DNA of 64,000 nucleotides from Deltaproteobacteria bacterium (GCA_040218735.1 JAVJQW010000021.1:27629-91628), one strand, 5' to 3'; counted from the first letter of the stretch, positions 29,221 to 39,645 are shown. Notes: generated by a model from the sequence alone, not told the origin. Program-made: numbers and translations.

Positions 29221-30930
29221 TCAGCGGTTGGGTCCGCGGAATCGACGCGTGAGCGCGAACCCGCCGAGGCCCAGGAGCGCGAGCAGCGACGCGAGGCCGT
29301 TGCCGGCCGTCTCGGAGGCCGAGCACGCGCAGCCGTTGTCGCCGGCCGTCGAGGACGAGAGGTCCGCCGAGTTGTCGACCTCGATCGTCGGCGGGCCCTC
29401 CTCGCGGAGGAACTCGATGCGACGGCTGTACGGGACCGAGCTACGGTTCTTCGCCGTCCACGCGCCGGTGTTCTCCAGGTAGAAGCGGCGGCCGTCCGGC
29501 AGCTCGAAGATGCCGGGGGTGTTGTTCGCGCCGTCCTGCGTGGCGTCGCAGAGGTACGTGAAGGTCGCGACGTGCTCGCTCTCGACGTCCGGCAGGTCCG
29601 GGTTGAACGAGAAGACCGGGTCACGCGTCATCTCGTCGGGCGACAGCGTCGTGTACATGCGCGTCATCTTCGGCCACTTGTCGAACAGCGCACCGGCGTC
29701 GAGCGTCGGGACGACGATGCGCTCCCACAGCTTGTCGGCGAGCTCGACCGGGTCGAACTGGTACTCCTCGGCGTAGGCCTCGGGGCGATCGCGCTTGTAC
29801 TGGTCGAGGTACGCGTCCGGGAAGTTGTAGAAGTCGTCCGCGACGAACGGGTCGGAGCCGGCGGGGACGGGGAAGTAGGCCTGCAGGACGGTCGTGAGCG
29901 CGCCGCCGAACGTGAAGCCGCGCTGGCGCATGTAGCGGAGGAACTCGACCGCGTCCGTGATGCGCTTGATCTCCTCGTAGCTACCGAACCGGCCGTCGTA
30001 GTTGAGCAGGCCGCGCATCGGCTCCACCGAGCCCGCGTACTCCGTGACGAAGGACTGGCCGTCGGTGGCCTCGTTGGTCGCGGCGATGACGACGTCGTTG
30101 TAGTTGGCGCCGGCGTTGAACCAGTCGATGTGCTCCTCGTTGAGGATCGTGTGGCGGTAGTTGCGCGGGATGGCGCGGTGCTCACCGAGGACCCACACCT
30201 GGATGCCCATGTCGGGGTTGGCGGCGACCGACGTGAGGACGATCGGGATCATCGCGTAGTCGGCCTTGTAGCGGAGCACGACCGGCTGCACGTCGCCGAC
30301 GTCGTTGCCCTTGCGGAGCTTGAGCGCGAGGAAGTAGGCGCCGCTGTAGATGTACGGCTGGACGACGTCCTCGGTGCCGGTCGGGATGAAGTACCCGTTC
30401 TCGACGAGCCAATCGAACATCTCGTCCTTCGTGGACGCGTCGAGGACCACGTAGTCGTACGGGCCGATCGAGTCCTGGAGGACGACGAGCTTCTCACCGC
30501 CCTCGGCGTTCGGCGGGGACTGCGCCGAGTCGTTGAACGAGCCCGCGAGGCGCCCGCCGAACTGGAACTCACAGCTGTCGGGCGTGATGCGATCGACGCG
30601 GTACTTCGGCTGGGTCGTGTTGATGATCTGCGAGAACAGCTCCTCGACGCCGAGCTTGAGCCCCTCTTCGGGGACCGCGGGGAGGGGGAGCAGCCAACCG
30701 AACTCGCTGGCGTCGCCCTGGTACTGGATCTGGATGTGCGCCGTGACCATGCCGTCCTCGTGCGCGAAGACGATCCGCTCGCCGGCCTGGACGACGGGGA
30801 CGCTGGGGTCCGGAGGCGCGAAGCAACCGCACGCGTCGGCGCGGTTCGGAGCGAGCATGACGAGGGCAGTCGCGGAGCAGAGGGCAGCGAGGGTCGTCGT
30901 GGTGCGTGTCATCGCGACGCCATGATACAA
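29221..30930 (-). CDS. DUF2330-like secreted protein with a MYXO-CTERM sorting domain
   Basis: C-terminal GCACSASETAGNGLASLLALLGLGGFALTRRFR (Cys-rich box, TM helix, RR), typical of Myxococcota. Confidence 0.7.
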   Translation of the reverse strand: MYHGVAMTRTTTTLAALCSATALVMLAPNRADACGCFAPPDPSVPVVQAGERIVFAHEDGMVTAHIQIQYQGDASEFGWLLPLPAVPEEGLKLGVEELFSQIINTTQPKYRVDRITPDSCEFQFGGRLAGSFNDSAQSPPNAEGGEKLVVLQDSIGPYDYVVLDASTKDEMFDWLVENGYFIPTGTEDVVQPYIYSGAYFLALKLRKGNDVGDVQPVVLRYKADYAMIPIVLTSVAANPDMGIQVWVLGEHRAIPRNYRHTILNEEHIDWFNAGANYNDVVIAATNEATDGQSFVTEYAGSVEPMRGLLNYDGRFGSYEEIKRITDAVEFLRYMRQRGFTFGGALTTVLQAYFPVPAGSDPFVADDFYNFPDAYLDQYKRDRPEAYAEEYQFDPVELADKLWERIVVPTLDAGALFDKWPKMTRMYTTLSPDEMTRDPVFSFNPDLPDVESEHVATFTYLCDATQDGANNTPGIFELPDGRRFYLENTGAWTAKNRSSVPYSRRIEFLREEGPPTIEVDNSADLSSSTAGDNGCACSASETAGNGLASLLALLGLGGFALTRRFRGPNR

Positions 30931-31132
30931 GTCACGTGCCGTTGGCCAAGGTTCGTCAAAGCGTCTGCCGGCATCAGAATCTCGTGGTTGACGCGATGCG
31001 TTGTCGCAGTTGGCCGTAACCGGAGGGGGAACAGGGCGTAGCTCCTGGGCGTTTTGACCCCCGGTTCGGCGGATCCTTGCGATACCGTCCCGGCTTCCTT
31101 CAGACCCTCCGCTACCCTAACCAGGAGAACCG

Positions 31133-31465
31133 ATGAGCAGCAGCTACTACCAGCCCGAGGACCTCGCCCGATTCACGGAGATGTCGAAGACCAACCCCGA
31201 GGCGTTCGACAACTTCATGAAGTGGTACGCCGGCGCCATGGAGGCCGGCGAGGTCGACGCCAAGACCAAGGCCCTCGTCGCGCTCGCCGTCGCCTTCGCG
31301 ATCCAGGAGCCGTACTGCATCGACTCCTACGCCTCGAAGTGCCTCGACCTCGGCTGGTCGCCCGAACAGATGTGCGAGGCCGTGAACGTCGCGGCCAGCA
31401 TCCGCGGAGGCGGGACGATCGCCCACTGGGTGCAGGCCTGCAACACGATCGAGCGGAAGGGCTGA
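31133..31465 (+). CDS. Carboxymuconolactone decarboxylase (AhpD-like) family protein
   Basis: 110 aa; AhpD-like core with Cys pair EPYCIDSYASKC. Confidence 0.7.
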   Translation: MSSSYYQPEDLARFTEMSKTNPEAFDNFMKWYAGAMEAGEVDAKTKALVALAVAFAIQEPYCIDSYASKCLDLGWSPEQMCEAVNVAASIRGGGTIAHWVQACNTIERKG

Positions 31466-31469
31466 GTCG

Positions 31470-32618
31470 ATGACGCGCCGCCTCGCCGTCCTCGGCGCCG
31501 GGCCCATCGGCATCGAAGCCGCGCTCCTTGGTATGGAGCGAGGCTTCGAGGTCGCGGTGTACGAACGGGATGCGGTCGGCGCGTCGCTCGACGGCTGGGG
31601 ACCCACGCGGTTCTTCAGCCCCTTCGGCATGAACGTCTCGCCGCGCGTGAAGGCGGCGCTCGGCGACGACGCGCCGGACGATGACGCGCTCCTCACGGGG
31701 CCGGACTTCGTTCGGCGTGTGCTCGCGCCGATCGTGGACGGCCCGCTCTCGGGGCGCGTGCACGTGGGCGAGACGGTGGTACAGGTCGGGCGCGATCGCC
31801 TCCTGCGCCACGACAAAGCCGGCCACCCGATCCGCGGCGACCGCGACTTTCGGATCCTGCTCGACGGCCCGGACGGTGAGCACTTCGTCACCGCGGACGT
31901 CGTCCTCGACGCGACGGGCACCACCGTGCCGAGTCACCTCGGTCGCGGCGGGATGCTCGCCGCGGGAGAGCGAACGGTTCGTGCTCGCCTGTGGACGACA
32001 CTCGGTGACGTGCACCGGCGCCTCCCCGAGCTCGACGGTCAGCACGTCTTGATCGTCGGCCACGGGCACTCCGCGGCCAACGCGCTCAACGCGATCGCCG
32101 ACGCGGGGCGCGACGTTCGTGTCACGTGGGCCACGCGCGCGGTGAACACGCGGCCGTGTGTCGAGGTCGCGAACGATCCGCTCGGCGAGCGCGCGGCGAT
32201 CACACGTCGTGCGAACGATCTCGCGCACCGGCCGCCCGAGTGGCTGACGGTGGAGCGGCGCGCGCACGTCGAAGCGATCCGCGCGGTCGAACATTGCGTC
32301 GAGGTGACGCTGTCCGGCGATCGGACCGGCGTCTACGACGCGGTGGCGTCGTTCGTGGGGTATCGTCCCGACACCGAGATGCTCTCGGAGCTCCCGATCG
32401 CGATCTCCCCCGTGACCCAAGGCGCTGCGGGGATCCAGCGCGCGCTCGCGAACGTCACGGATTGTCTTGCGGTGCCGCGCATCGGCGCCGACGATCTGTC
32501 GTCCGGTGAGCCGGGCTTCTACATGATCGGATTCAAGAGCTACGGACGGATGACCGCGTTCCTGCTGAAGGACGGCCTCACCCAGCTCGAGGCGATCTTC
32601 GCGGACGGGCTCGGATGA
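31470..32618 (+). CDS. FAD/NAD(P)-binding oxidoreductase
   Basis: N-terminal Rossmann VLGAGPIGIEAA and a second GHGHSAANA motif. Confidence 0.7.
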   Translation: MTRRLAVLGAGPIGIEAALLGMERGFEVAVYERDAVGASLDGWGPTRFFSPFGMNVSPRVKAALGDDAPDDDALLTGPDFVRRVLAPIVDGPLSGRVHVGETVVQVGRDRLLRHDKAGHPIRGDRDFRILLDGPDGEHFVTADVVLDATGTTVPSHLGRGGMLAAGERTVRARLWTTLGDVHRRLPELDGQHVLIVGHGHSAANALNAIADAGRDVRVTWATRAVNTRPCVEVANDPLGERAAITRRANDLAHRPPEWLTVERRAHVEAIRAVEHCVEVTLSGDRTGVYDAVASFVGYRPDTEMLSELPIAISPVTQGAAGIQRALANVTDCLAVPRIGADDLSSGEPGFYMIGFKSYGRMTAFLLKDGLTQLEAIFADGLG

Positions 32619-33517
32619 GCCAGCTCGTTCAGATCCGCCCGCTGATGCCGGCGGAGGGGACGTTCCCGACCGTCCCGATGAACGCGCTCGATACGCTCTG
32701 GTTCCAGGTCGCAGGGACCATCTGCAACCTGGAGTGCACACACTGCTTCATCTCCTGCAGTCCGCAGAACCACGCGCACGAGATGATGACGCTCGAGCAG
32801 GTGCTCACGTACCTCGACGAGGCGAAGCAGCTCGGCGTGCGTGAGTACTACTTCACCGGCGGCGAGCCGCTGATGAACAAGTCGATCTACGAGATGTTCG
32901 AAGCCTCGCTCGCGCAGGGGCCGACGTCGTTCCTCACCAACGGCGTGCTGATCAAGGACAAGGTCGCCGAGCGCTTGAAGGCGCTGTCCGACGCCTCCGA
33001 CTACTCGTTCGACGTGCGCATCTCGATCGACGGTTACTCTGCGGCCGACAACGATCCGATCCGCGGCGCGGGGACCTACGATCGGATCCTCGCGGGGATC
33101 GAAGCGCTCGCGAACGTCGGCCTCAACCCGGTCATCACCGTCACGGAGGTCTGCGGAGACGCCGCGACGCGCGCCGGGCGAACGCGCTTCCTCGACTTCC
33201 TGAAGAAGATCGGTCTTTCGCAGCCACGCCTGAAGATCCTGCCGCTCCTCCGGATGGGCGCGGAGGAACATCGCGAGCGCGGGTACCACCGCTGGGAGTC
33301 ACTCGCGGGTGCGCACCTGTCGAAGGACGAGCTGTCGGCGCTGCAGTGTTCGTCGTGTCGCATCGCGTGCGCGAGCGGCGTGTACGTGTGCCCGATCCTG
33401 ATCGACGCCCCCGGCGCGCGGATGGGTGACACACTCGCGTCGACGTTGCGTTCGTTCCCGCTCGAGTACCAGGCGTGCTTCACGTGCCACGCGGAGGGGC
33501 TGTCGTGCGCGACGTGA
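32615..33517 (+). CDS. Radical SAM enzyme with a C-terminal SPASM/twitch-like Cys cluster
   Basis: CNLECTHC (Cx3Cx2C); seven C-terminal Cys (CSSCRIACASGVYVCP...CFTCHAEGLSC). Its start overlaps the upstream stop. Confidence 0.8.
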   Translation: MSQLVQIRPLMPAEGTFPTVPMNALDTLWFQVAGTICNLECTHCFISCSPQNHAHEMMTLEQVLTYLDEAKQLGVREYYFTGGEPLMNKSIYEMFEASLAQGPTSFLTNGVLIKDKVAERLKALSDASDYSFDVRISIDGYSAADNDPIRGAGTYDRILAGIEALANVGLNPVITVTEVCGDAATRAGRTRFLDFLKKIGLSQPRLKILPLLRMGAEEHRERGYHRWESLAGAHLSKDELSALQCSSCRIACASGVYVCPILIDAPGARMGDTLASTLRSFPLEYQACFTCHAEGLSCAT

Positions 33518-34296
33518 CGCGCGTGGCGTTCCTCGGCGGGATCTACTCGAACTACCTCGCGCTCGAAGCCGCGATTCGCGAAGCGAAGAAGCGCGGTGTG
33601 GATCAGATCTGGGCGCTCGGTGACTTCGGGGCCTTCGGGCCGCACCCGAACCGCTCCGTCGAGATCCTCCGCGAGCACGACATCCCCGCGATCCAAGGCA
33701 ACTACGAGGAGTCGTTGTCGACGAACGCTGAGGACTGCCACTGCGGCTACACGGATCCGCGCGACAATCACTACGCGCAGATCAGCTACGACTACACGTT
33801 CGAAAACACCGCGTCGGCGTACAAGGCGTGGATGGGGACGCTGCCGAAGCACGCGAGGCTCGAGCTCGACGGGCAGCGGCTGCTGCTCTGTCACGGCTCG
33901 CCGCGGACCATCAACGAGTTCCTCTGGCGGTCGAACACGCCCACGCCGTTCATCGAGCGAATGCTGGTGGAACACGACACCGACCTGGTCGTCTGCACGC
34001 ACACCGGGATTCACTGGGAGCGTCGCGACGATCGAGGACGCGGCGTCGTGAACGTGGGGGCGCTCGGGCGCCCGGCGAACGACGGTCGGACGAACGTGTG
34101 GTTCGCGATCCTCACGGGGCAGGGCGGGCGCGTGGACGTCGAATTCGTGCCTGTCGCGTACGACCACCATCGCCTCGCGCGTGAGATGTCCGATGAGGGA
34201 CTCCCTGACGAGTTCGTCGAAACCATCGAGACGGGGTGGTGGACGACCTGCCTGGAGATCCTCCCTGCGAAGGAGCGCGCCCAGGGCCGCTACTGA
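33514..34296 (+). CDS. Calcineurin-like metallophosphoesterase
   Basis: GTG start overlaps the rSAM stop (GTGA). GDxxD..GNHE-like motifs (ALGDFGAFGP, IQGNYEE). Confidence 0.7.
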   Translation: MTRVAFLGGIYSNYLALEAAIREAKKRGVDQIWALGDFGAFGPHPNRSVEILREHDIPAIQGNYEESLSTNAEDCHCGYTDPRDNHYAQISYDYTFENTASAYKAWMGTLPKHARLELDGQRLLLCHGSPRTINEFLWRSNTPTPFIERMLVEHDTDLVVCTHTGIHWERRDDRGRGVVNVGALGRPANDGRTNVWFAILTGQGGRVDVEFVPVAYDHHRLAREMSDEGLPDEFVETIETGWWTTCLEILPAKERAQGRY

Positions 34297-34377
34297 GTCG
34301 GGCGCGACTGAGGCACGCGCCCCACATCGGCCGATGGCCCCAAACGCTCGGTCCACCCGATTTGTTACCACTAGGGC

Positions 34378-35154
34378 ATGCGAAAGGTGCTCTACGCCGC
34401 GGTCGCCCTGTCCCTCGTCGCCTGTGCCGACGAAGAGAAGAAGGAGGAGGTCGGCGTCGCCGCGAACGAAGCGGTCGCCGAGCCCGAAGCTCCGGGCGCC
34501 GACGTCGCCGAGCTGAAGGAAGACCTCGCGAAGATCGTGGGCGCGGTACGCGACCGTGACGTCGCCGGCCGTCGCGCGACGTGCCTGAAGGCGGTGCCGA
34601 AGATCGAAGCGATGCAGGTGAAGACGCCGGACGACAAGGCGCTCACCGCCGTCGCCACGGACCTGCTCCCGATGTGCGTGGAGATGACCGAGACGAAGAA
34701 GCTCCTCGACAAACTCGCGAACCCGCCGCCGTCGATCCAGCTCACCGGCGCGTACGCGCAGTTCACGCGGGGGGACCTCGTGAAGACCTACAAGAAGGCC
34801 AAGCGCGCCGCGAAGCGGAAGCAGGATCCGGCGCCGTTGTGCTCCGAGATTCGCGTGCTCACCGACCACTTCGGCAGCAAGAAGTCGAAGAAGACGCGCC
34901 GCCTCGTGAAGAAGGCGTCGAAGTTCTGCGACGGCTACGCCCACCTCGCGTCTGCGCGCTACCACATGCGCGTCGTCGACAAGGCCCTCCAGGAGGGCGC
35001 GATGGACGCGCTCGTGAGCTCCTGCGTGCACGGCGTGAAGGAGCTCGCCCACGCGCCCGCCGGGAAGCTGCACGACGCGCTCGAGGCCAAGGCCCAGTCT
35101 CAGTGCGTCGAGGCGGTCGCGATGCAGGGGATGTTGCGATCCGACGCCACCTGA
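34378..35154 (+). CDS. Hypothetical lipoprotein
   Basis: LSLVACADE lipobox; Lys-rich. Confidence 0.45.
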   Translation: MRKVLYAAVALSLVACADEEKKEEVGVAANEAVAEPEAPGADVAELKEDLAKIVGAVRDRDVAGRRATCLKAVPKIEAMQVKTPDDKALTAVATDLLPMCVEMTETKKLLDKLANPPPSIQLTGAYAQFTRGDLVKTYKKAKRAAKRKQDPAPLCSEIRVLTDHFGSKKSKKTRRLVKKASKFCDGYAHLASARYHMRVVDKALQEGAMDALVSSCVHGVKELAHAPAGKLHDALEAKAQSQCVEAVAMQGMLRSDAT

Positions 35155-35170
35155 GTGATTCGAAGGCCCG

Positions 35171-36553
35171 GTGGCCGTCGAGATCCACTTCGAGCACGGG
35201 ACGATCGTCGTCCCGAAGACGGACGAGGTCCCCGAGGCCGTCGACAAGTTCCTGAGCCTCGATCAGCGCAGCGGCAGCTACCGCGCGCCCGCCCAGCAGT
35301 ACCGCGACCTCGTGCTCACGCTGAAGCGTGACGGCGTCGACTTCGACGACCGCGCGCGGCGCTTCGATCCCCTCGCGTTGGAGCTGACCAAGAAGATCGA
35401 TCCCTTCCCGCACCAGGCGGAGGCGCTCGAGAAGTGGTGGACGGCGGGGCGGCGCGGGATCGTCGAGCTCCCCACCGGCGCCGGCAAGACGATCCTCGCG
35501 GTGCTCGCCATGGCGCGGGTGCAGCGGCCCACGCTGGTGGTCGTCCCGACGATCGACCTGCTCACGCAGTGGTCGAAGGTGCTGGAGGAGTTCTTCGGCG
35601 AGTCGATTGGGATGCTCGGCGGCGGGTCGCACGACCGGCAGCCGATCACCGTCGCCACGTACGACTCGGCGCAGATGCAGATCGAGTTCATCGGCAACCA
35701 CTTCGGGTTCCTGGTCTGCGACGAGTGCCACCACCTCCCCGCGCCGGCGTACCGATTCATCGCGGAGGGATCGATCGCACCGTTCAGGCTCGGGCTCACC
35801 GCGACGCTCGAACGCACGGACGGCGGGGAGCAGACGGCGATGAACCTGCTCGGGCCGCTGGTGCATCAGGTCGGGATCGAGACGCTGGAGGGGGACTACC
35901 TCGCGCCGTACGACCTGGAGTCGGTCGGCGTGCACCTGTCCGAGGAGGAGCAGGCGCGCTACGACGCGTCGCGCTCGCAGTACCTGACGTTCCTCCGCGG
36001 GAGCGGCGTGCGGCTCGACCGTCCGCAGGGCTGGGCGCAGTTCATCATGCGCGCGCACCAGAGCGACGAGGGGCGCGCGGCGTTTCGTGCGTATCGTGAG
36101 CAGAAGCGGATCGCGATCGCTTCGGAGGCGAAGCTCGCCGCGCTGTGGGCCGTGCTCGTCAAACACCGCGAGGACCGGACGATCGTCTTCACCGAGGACA
36201 ACGAGACCGTGTACCGGCTCTCGCGGCGGTTCATGTTCCCGGCGATCACGCACCAGACGAAGGCGCCGGAGCGCAAACACTGGCTGACCGCGTTTGCGAA
36301 GGGCGACGTGCGGGTGCTGCTGACCTCGAAGGTGTTGAACGAGGGGGTCGACGTCCCCGAGGCGAACGTCGGCGTGGTGTTGAGCGGGAGCGGGAGCGTG
36401 CGGGAGCACGTGCAGCGGCTCGGGCGGATCCTGCGCAAGCGCCCGGGGAAGCGCGCGGTGCTCTACGAGATCTTCACGGAGGTCGCGGCGGAGGTGAACA
36501 TCACCGAGCGTCGTCGGCAGCACCGCGCCTACCAGAAGGACGAGCCGTGCTGA
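35171..36553 (+). CDS. XPB/Ssl2-like superfamily-2 DNA helicase
   Basis: Walker A GAGKT, DECH box, helicase motif VI; 460 aa. Confidence 0.8.
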   Translation: MAVEIHFEHGTIVVPKTDEVPEAVDKFLSLDQRSGSYRAPAQQYRDLVLTLKRDGVDFDDRARRFDPLALELTKKIDPFPHQAEALEKWWTAGRRGIVELPTGAGKTILAVLAMARVQRPTLVVVPTIDLLTQWSKVLEEFFGESIGMLGGGSHDRQPITVATYDSAQMQIEFIGNHFGFLVCDECHHLPAPAYRFIAEGSIAPFRLGLTATLERTDGGEQTAMNLLGPLVHQVGIETLEGDYLAPYDLESVGVHLSEEEQARYDASRSQYLTFLRGSGVRLDRPQGWAQFIMRAHQSDEGRAAFRAYREQKRIAIASEAKLAALWAVLVKHREDRTIVFTEDNETVYRLSRRFMFPAITHQTKAPERKHWLTAFAKGDVRVLLTSKVLNEGVDVPEANVGVVLSGSGSVREHVQRLGRILRKRPGKRAVLYEIFTEVAAEVNITERRRQHRAYQKDEPC

Positions 36554-37746
36554 CGCGGGACTTGCTGCACTACCGAACGAAGGGCGGCGTGGTGCGCCCG
36601 GTGTACGTGAAGCCGGACGACGCCGAGCGGCTCGCGTACGCGGGGGCCTTGGTGGCGATCGTCGAGGAAGCGCTCGGTGAGGAGCGGGGCGTTCTGACCG
36701 AGGCGCTCGACGGGCGCGCGCGTGGGGAGAAGCGGCAGAAGTTCGCCAAGGGGTTGGTGAAGCTGCTGACGGACCGCATGACGTTCGACGAGCCGCCGAA
36801 GGACGCCGAGGCGCTGCGGCGGACGACGTTCGAGGCGGCGGCTTCGTTGATGCGCAACCTCGAAGAGGACGCGACGATCGCGGACTACGAGGCGGCGCTG
36901 GGTGCGGACCGTGACCTCGAGCTCACGCGCGCGCAGATCTACGCGGACCTCGCCGAGCACCGGAAGTTCTTGGAGTGGAAGGCGCTCGACGCGGCGGGGC
37001 TCCTCGAGCGGTACAACCTCGCGCAGGCGCAGGGGCTCGTGATGTTCGCGCGGCGGTTGTCGATCGCGTTCGAGGAGGTCGACACCGCAGTCGTGCGGCG
37101 GGTGTTCCGGTGGTTGAAGTTCTGCCGGTTGGTCGCCGAGCTCGAGAAACACGGCGACGCGTTTGTGCTGCACGTCGAAGGGCCGGCCGCGATGTTCGAG
37201 AGCTCGAAGAAGTACGGGTTGCAGCTCGCGATCTTCCTCGAGGTGGTGCCGCTGCTCCCGAAGTTCACGCTGGAGGCGGTCGTGGAGCTGCCGCGCCGCG
37301 ACTCGGTGACGTTCATGCTCACGGACGAGGACGGGCTCGTCTCGCCGTTGAAGGCGGTGGTGGGGCACGTGCCGGAGGAGGTGACGACGACGCTCGAGAA
37401 GCTCTCCTCGATCGAGGGGTGGACCGTCGATCTCGAGACGGTGCCGCGCAGCGTGGGGGCGTCGGGCTGGTGTGTCCCGGACCTGCGTTTCTCGAGGACG
37501 GACGGCGCCGAGATCGCGGTCGAGCTGTTCCACGCGTGGCACAAGGGGGCGCTCCTCCGGCGCCTCGACGAGCTCGCGTCGAAGCCGGACGCGGGGCTCT
37601 TCCTCGGCGTGGATCGGGCGGTCGCGAAGAAGAAGGACATCGCGGAGCGCATCGACGATCACCCGCAGGTCTTTGCGTTCAACAAGTTCCCTTCGGTGCG
37701 TGCGTTGACGACCGTGGTGAAGCGGTTCGAAGAAGGGACGTCGTGA
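36547..37746 (+). CDS. DUF790/Bax1-like nuclease partner of XPB
   Basis: GTG start overlaps the XPB stop. Size and position match archaeal/bacterial Bax1. Confidence 0.6.
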   Translation: MLTRDLLHYRTKGGVVRPVYVKPDDAERLAYAGALVAIVEEALGEERGVLTEALDGRARGEKRQKFAKGLVKLLTDRMTFDEPPKDAEALRRTTFEAAASLMRNLEEDATIADYEAALGADRDLELTRAQIYADLAEHRKFLEWKALDAAGLLERYNLAQAQGLVMFARRLSIAFEEVDTAVVRRVFRWLKFCRLVAELEKHGDAFVLHVEGPAAMFESSKKYGLQLAIFLEVVPLLPKFTLEAVVELPRRDSVTFMLTDEDGLVSPLKAVVGHVPEEVTTTLEKLSSIEGWTVDLETVPRSVGASGWCVPDLRFSRTDGAEIAVELFHAWHKGALLRRLDELASKPDAGLFLGVDRAVAKKKDIAERIDDHPQVFAFNKFPSVRALTTVVKRFEEGTS

Positions 37747-39060
37747 CGGACGACGCCCAGACACGCCTGCAGGTGGGCGCCCAGCACCCGGTGATTCGCG
37801 CCGAGCGACCCTTCGTGCTGCGCGTCGGCGACGTCGAGCACGGGCCGTTCATGGGCTCGGTGAGCGTGGGGAGCGCGGCGTCGAACGGGGTGGTGCTCGA
37901 CGATCCGACGGTCTCGCGCTTTCACTTCGAGCTGTCGAGGGACCAGCGGGGGATTCGCATCGTCGACGTCGGGTCGAAGAACGGCACCTTCGTCGGCGAC
38001 GCGCGCGTGCGGGACGCGACGATCGACAGCGGCGCACGGATCCGCGTGGGGGACACCGTGCTCGAGCTGTCCGTCAACGACACGCCGGAGCTGGTGCAGG
38101 ACGACAAACGCTCGGGCTTCGGCGGTTTGATCGGTACGAGCCCTTCGATGCAGGCGTTGTTTCGTCTGCTCGAGAAGCTCGCGGTGGTCGACACGCCGGT
38201 GCTGGTGCAGGGGGAGACGGGCACCGGAGACGGGCACCGGCAAGGACCTCGTGGCGCGCGCGCTGCACGAACAGGGGCGTCGGGCCGCGGGGCCCTTCGT
38301 GGTGTTCGACTGCGGCGCGGTGGCGCCGACGCTCGCGGAGAGTGAGCTGTTCGGTCACGTGCGCGGTGCGTTCACCGGAGCCGACGCCGATCGCGAAGGT
38401 GCGTTCGAGCGCGCCGCGGGCGGGACGTTGTTCCTCGACGAGATCGGAGAGCTCGATTCGGCGCTGCAACCCAAGTTGCTTCGGGCGCTGGAGTCGAAGA
38501 CGGTGCGTCGCGTCGGTGGGGCCGAGGAGCGGGCGGTCGACGTGCGGGTGGTCGCGGCGACGCACCGCGATCTGCGAAAGATGGTGAACGCGGGGACGTT
38601 CCGCGAGGACCTCTTCCACCGCATCGCGGTGTTCCTGCTGCGTGTGCCTCCGCTGCGGGAGCGGCCGGACGACATCGAAGCGCTGGCGCAGCACTTCCTC
38701 GCGCGGGCGCTCGCGGGGACGGACTTCTCGGCGGCGCCGAAGATCACGCCGGCGTCGCTGTCGACGCTCGTGTCGCGTGCGTGGACGGGGAACGTTCGAG
38801 AGCTGCGCAACGTGGTGGAGCGTGCGTTGGTGCTCGGGGATCTGGAGCTCGCGGTGGCCGGCGATCTGTCGTCGGGCCTCGCGGAGCGTGAAGCGGAGGG
38901 CCTCAGCCTGGAGGAGGCGAAGCGGCGCTTCGAGCGGAGTTATCTGGTTCGGCTGCTCGCGCGTCACGACGGGGATCGCGCCGCTGCGGCCACGGAGGCC
39001 GACGTGCACGTGAAGTCACTCGGGCGCCTGCTCAGGCGCCACGGGCTCGTACAGAGCTAG
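37743..39060 (+). pseudogene. FHA-domain sigma-54-dependent transcriptional activator, interrupted by a 13-bp tandem duplication inside the Walker A codons
   Basis: FHA domain (VSRFHFELS...GSKNGTFV). GETGTG followed by the duplicated gagacgggcaccg (38214-38226 and 38227-38239), which shifts the frame. GAFTGA, the AAA+ module and a C-terminal HTH continue in the +1 frame (38251-39060). Confidence 0.7.
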
Positions 39061-39604
39061 CGGCGATCGCGAAGAGGAGCGCGGCTTCGATCCAGGTGTT
39101 GATGCGTACACCGAGGAGCGCGGCGCCGATGACGACGTCCACGGCGTGCAGGGAGACGACGCGGACCGCGACGTAGGCGACGAGCGTCAGGCTCGCGGCG
39201 AGGGCGAGCGCGAGGCGTGCGGAGCGGCGCGCGGTGAAGACGGCGAAGGCTGTGACACCGGTCGCCGCTGCGGCGACGGCGAAGATGATGATGTGCTGCG
39301 CGCCGCGCCGGTCGGCGTAGGCGGTCGAGGAGACGTCGAGCGAACGCACGAGGTGGTCGATGTCGATCGCGCGTGCGAGCGCGAGCAACACACAGACGGT
39401 CGCGACGAAGAGCCAGCCGAAGGCGCGCCAGGCGCGCGCTGGTGCGCGGCGCCCGCGTTCACGAATGGCCCGTAGGCAGGAGCGCACGGTGGCGAGGAGG
39501 TGCTTCGGCGTGAAGGGCGGGGCGTCGTTCTTCTCGCGGTGGGCGGCGCGCGCGGCGAGGACGGCGACGACGAGATAGAGAGCTACCTTGAGCGCGCCGA
39601 GCAT
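39032..39604 (-). CDS. Hypothetical integral membrane protein
   Basis: Four to five hydrophobic segments; convergent 29-nt overlap with the activator gene. Confidence 0.4.
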   Translation of the reverse strand: MLGALKVALYLVVAVLAARAAHREKNDAPPFTPKHLLATVRSCLRAIRERGRRAPARAWRAFGWLFVATVCVLLALARAIDIDHLVRSLDVSSTAYADRRGAQHIIIFAVAAAATGVTAFAVFTARRSARLALALAASLTLVAYVAVRVVSLHAVDVVIGAALLGVRINTWIEAALLFAIAASSVRARGA

Positions 39605-39645
39605 CGCGCGATCTCAACACGGCGGCGGGTCGGTGTCGCGACGGA

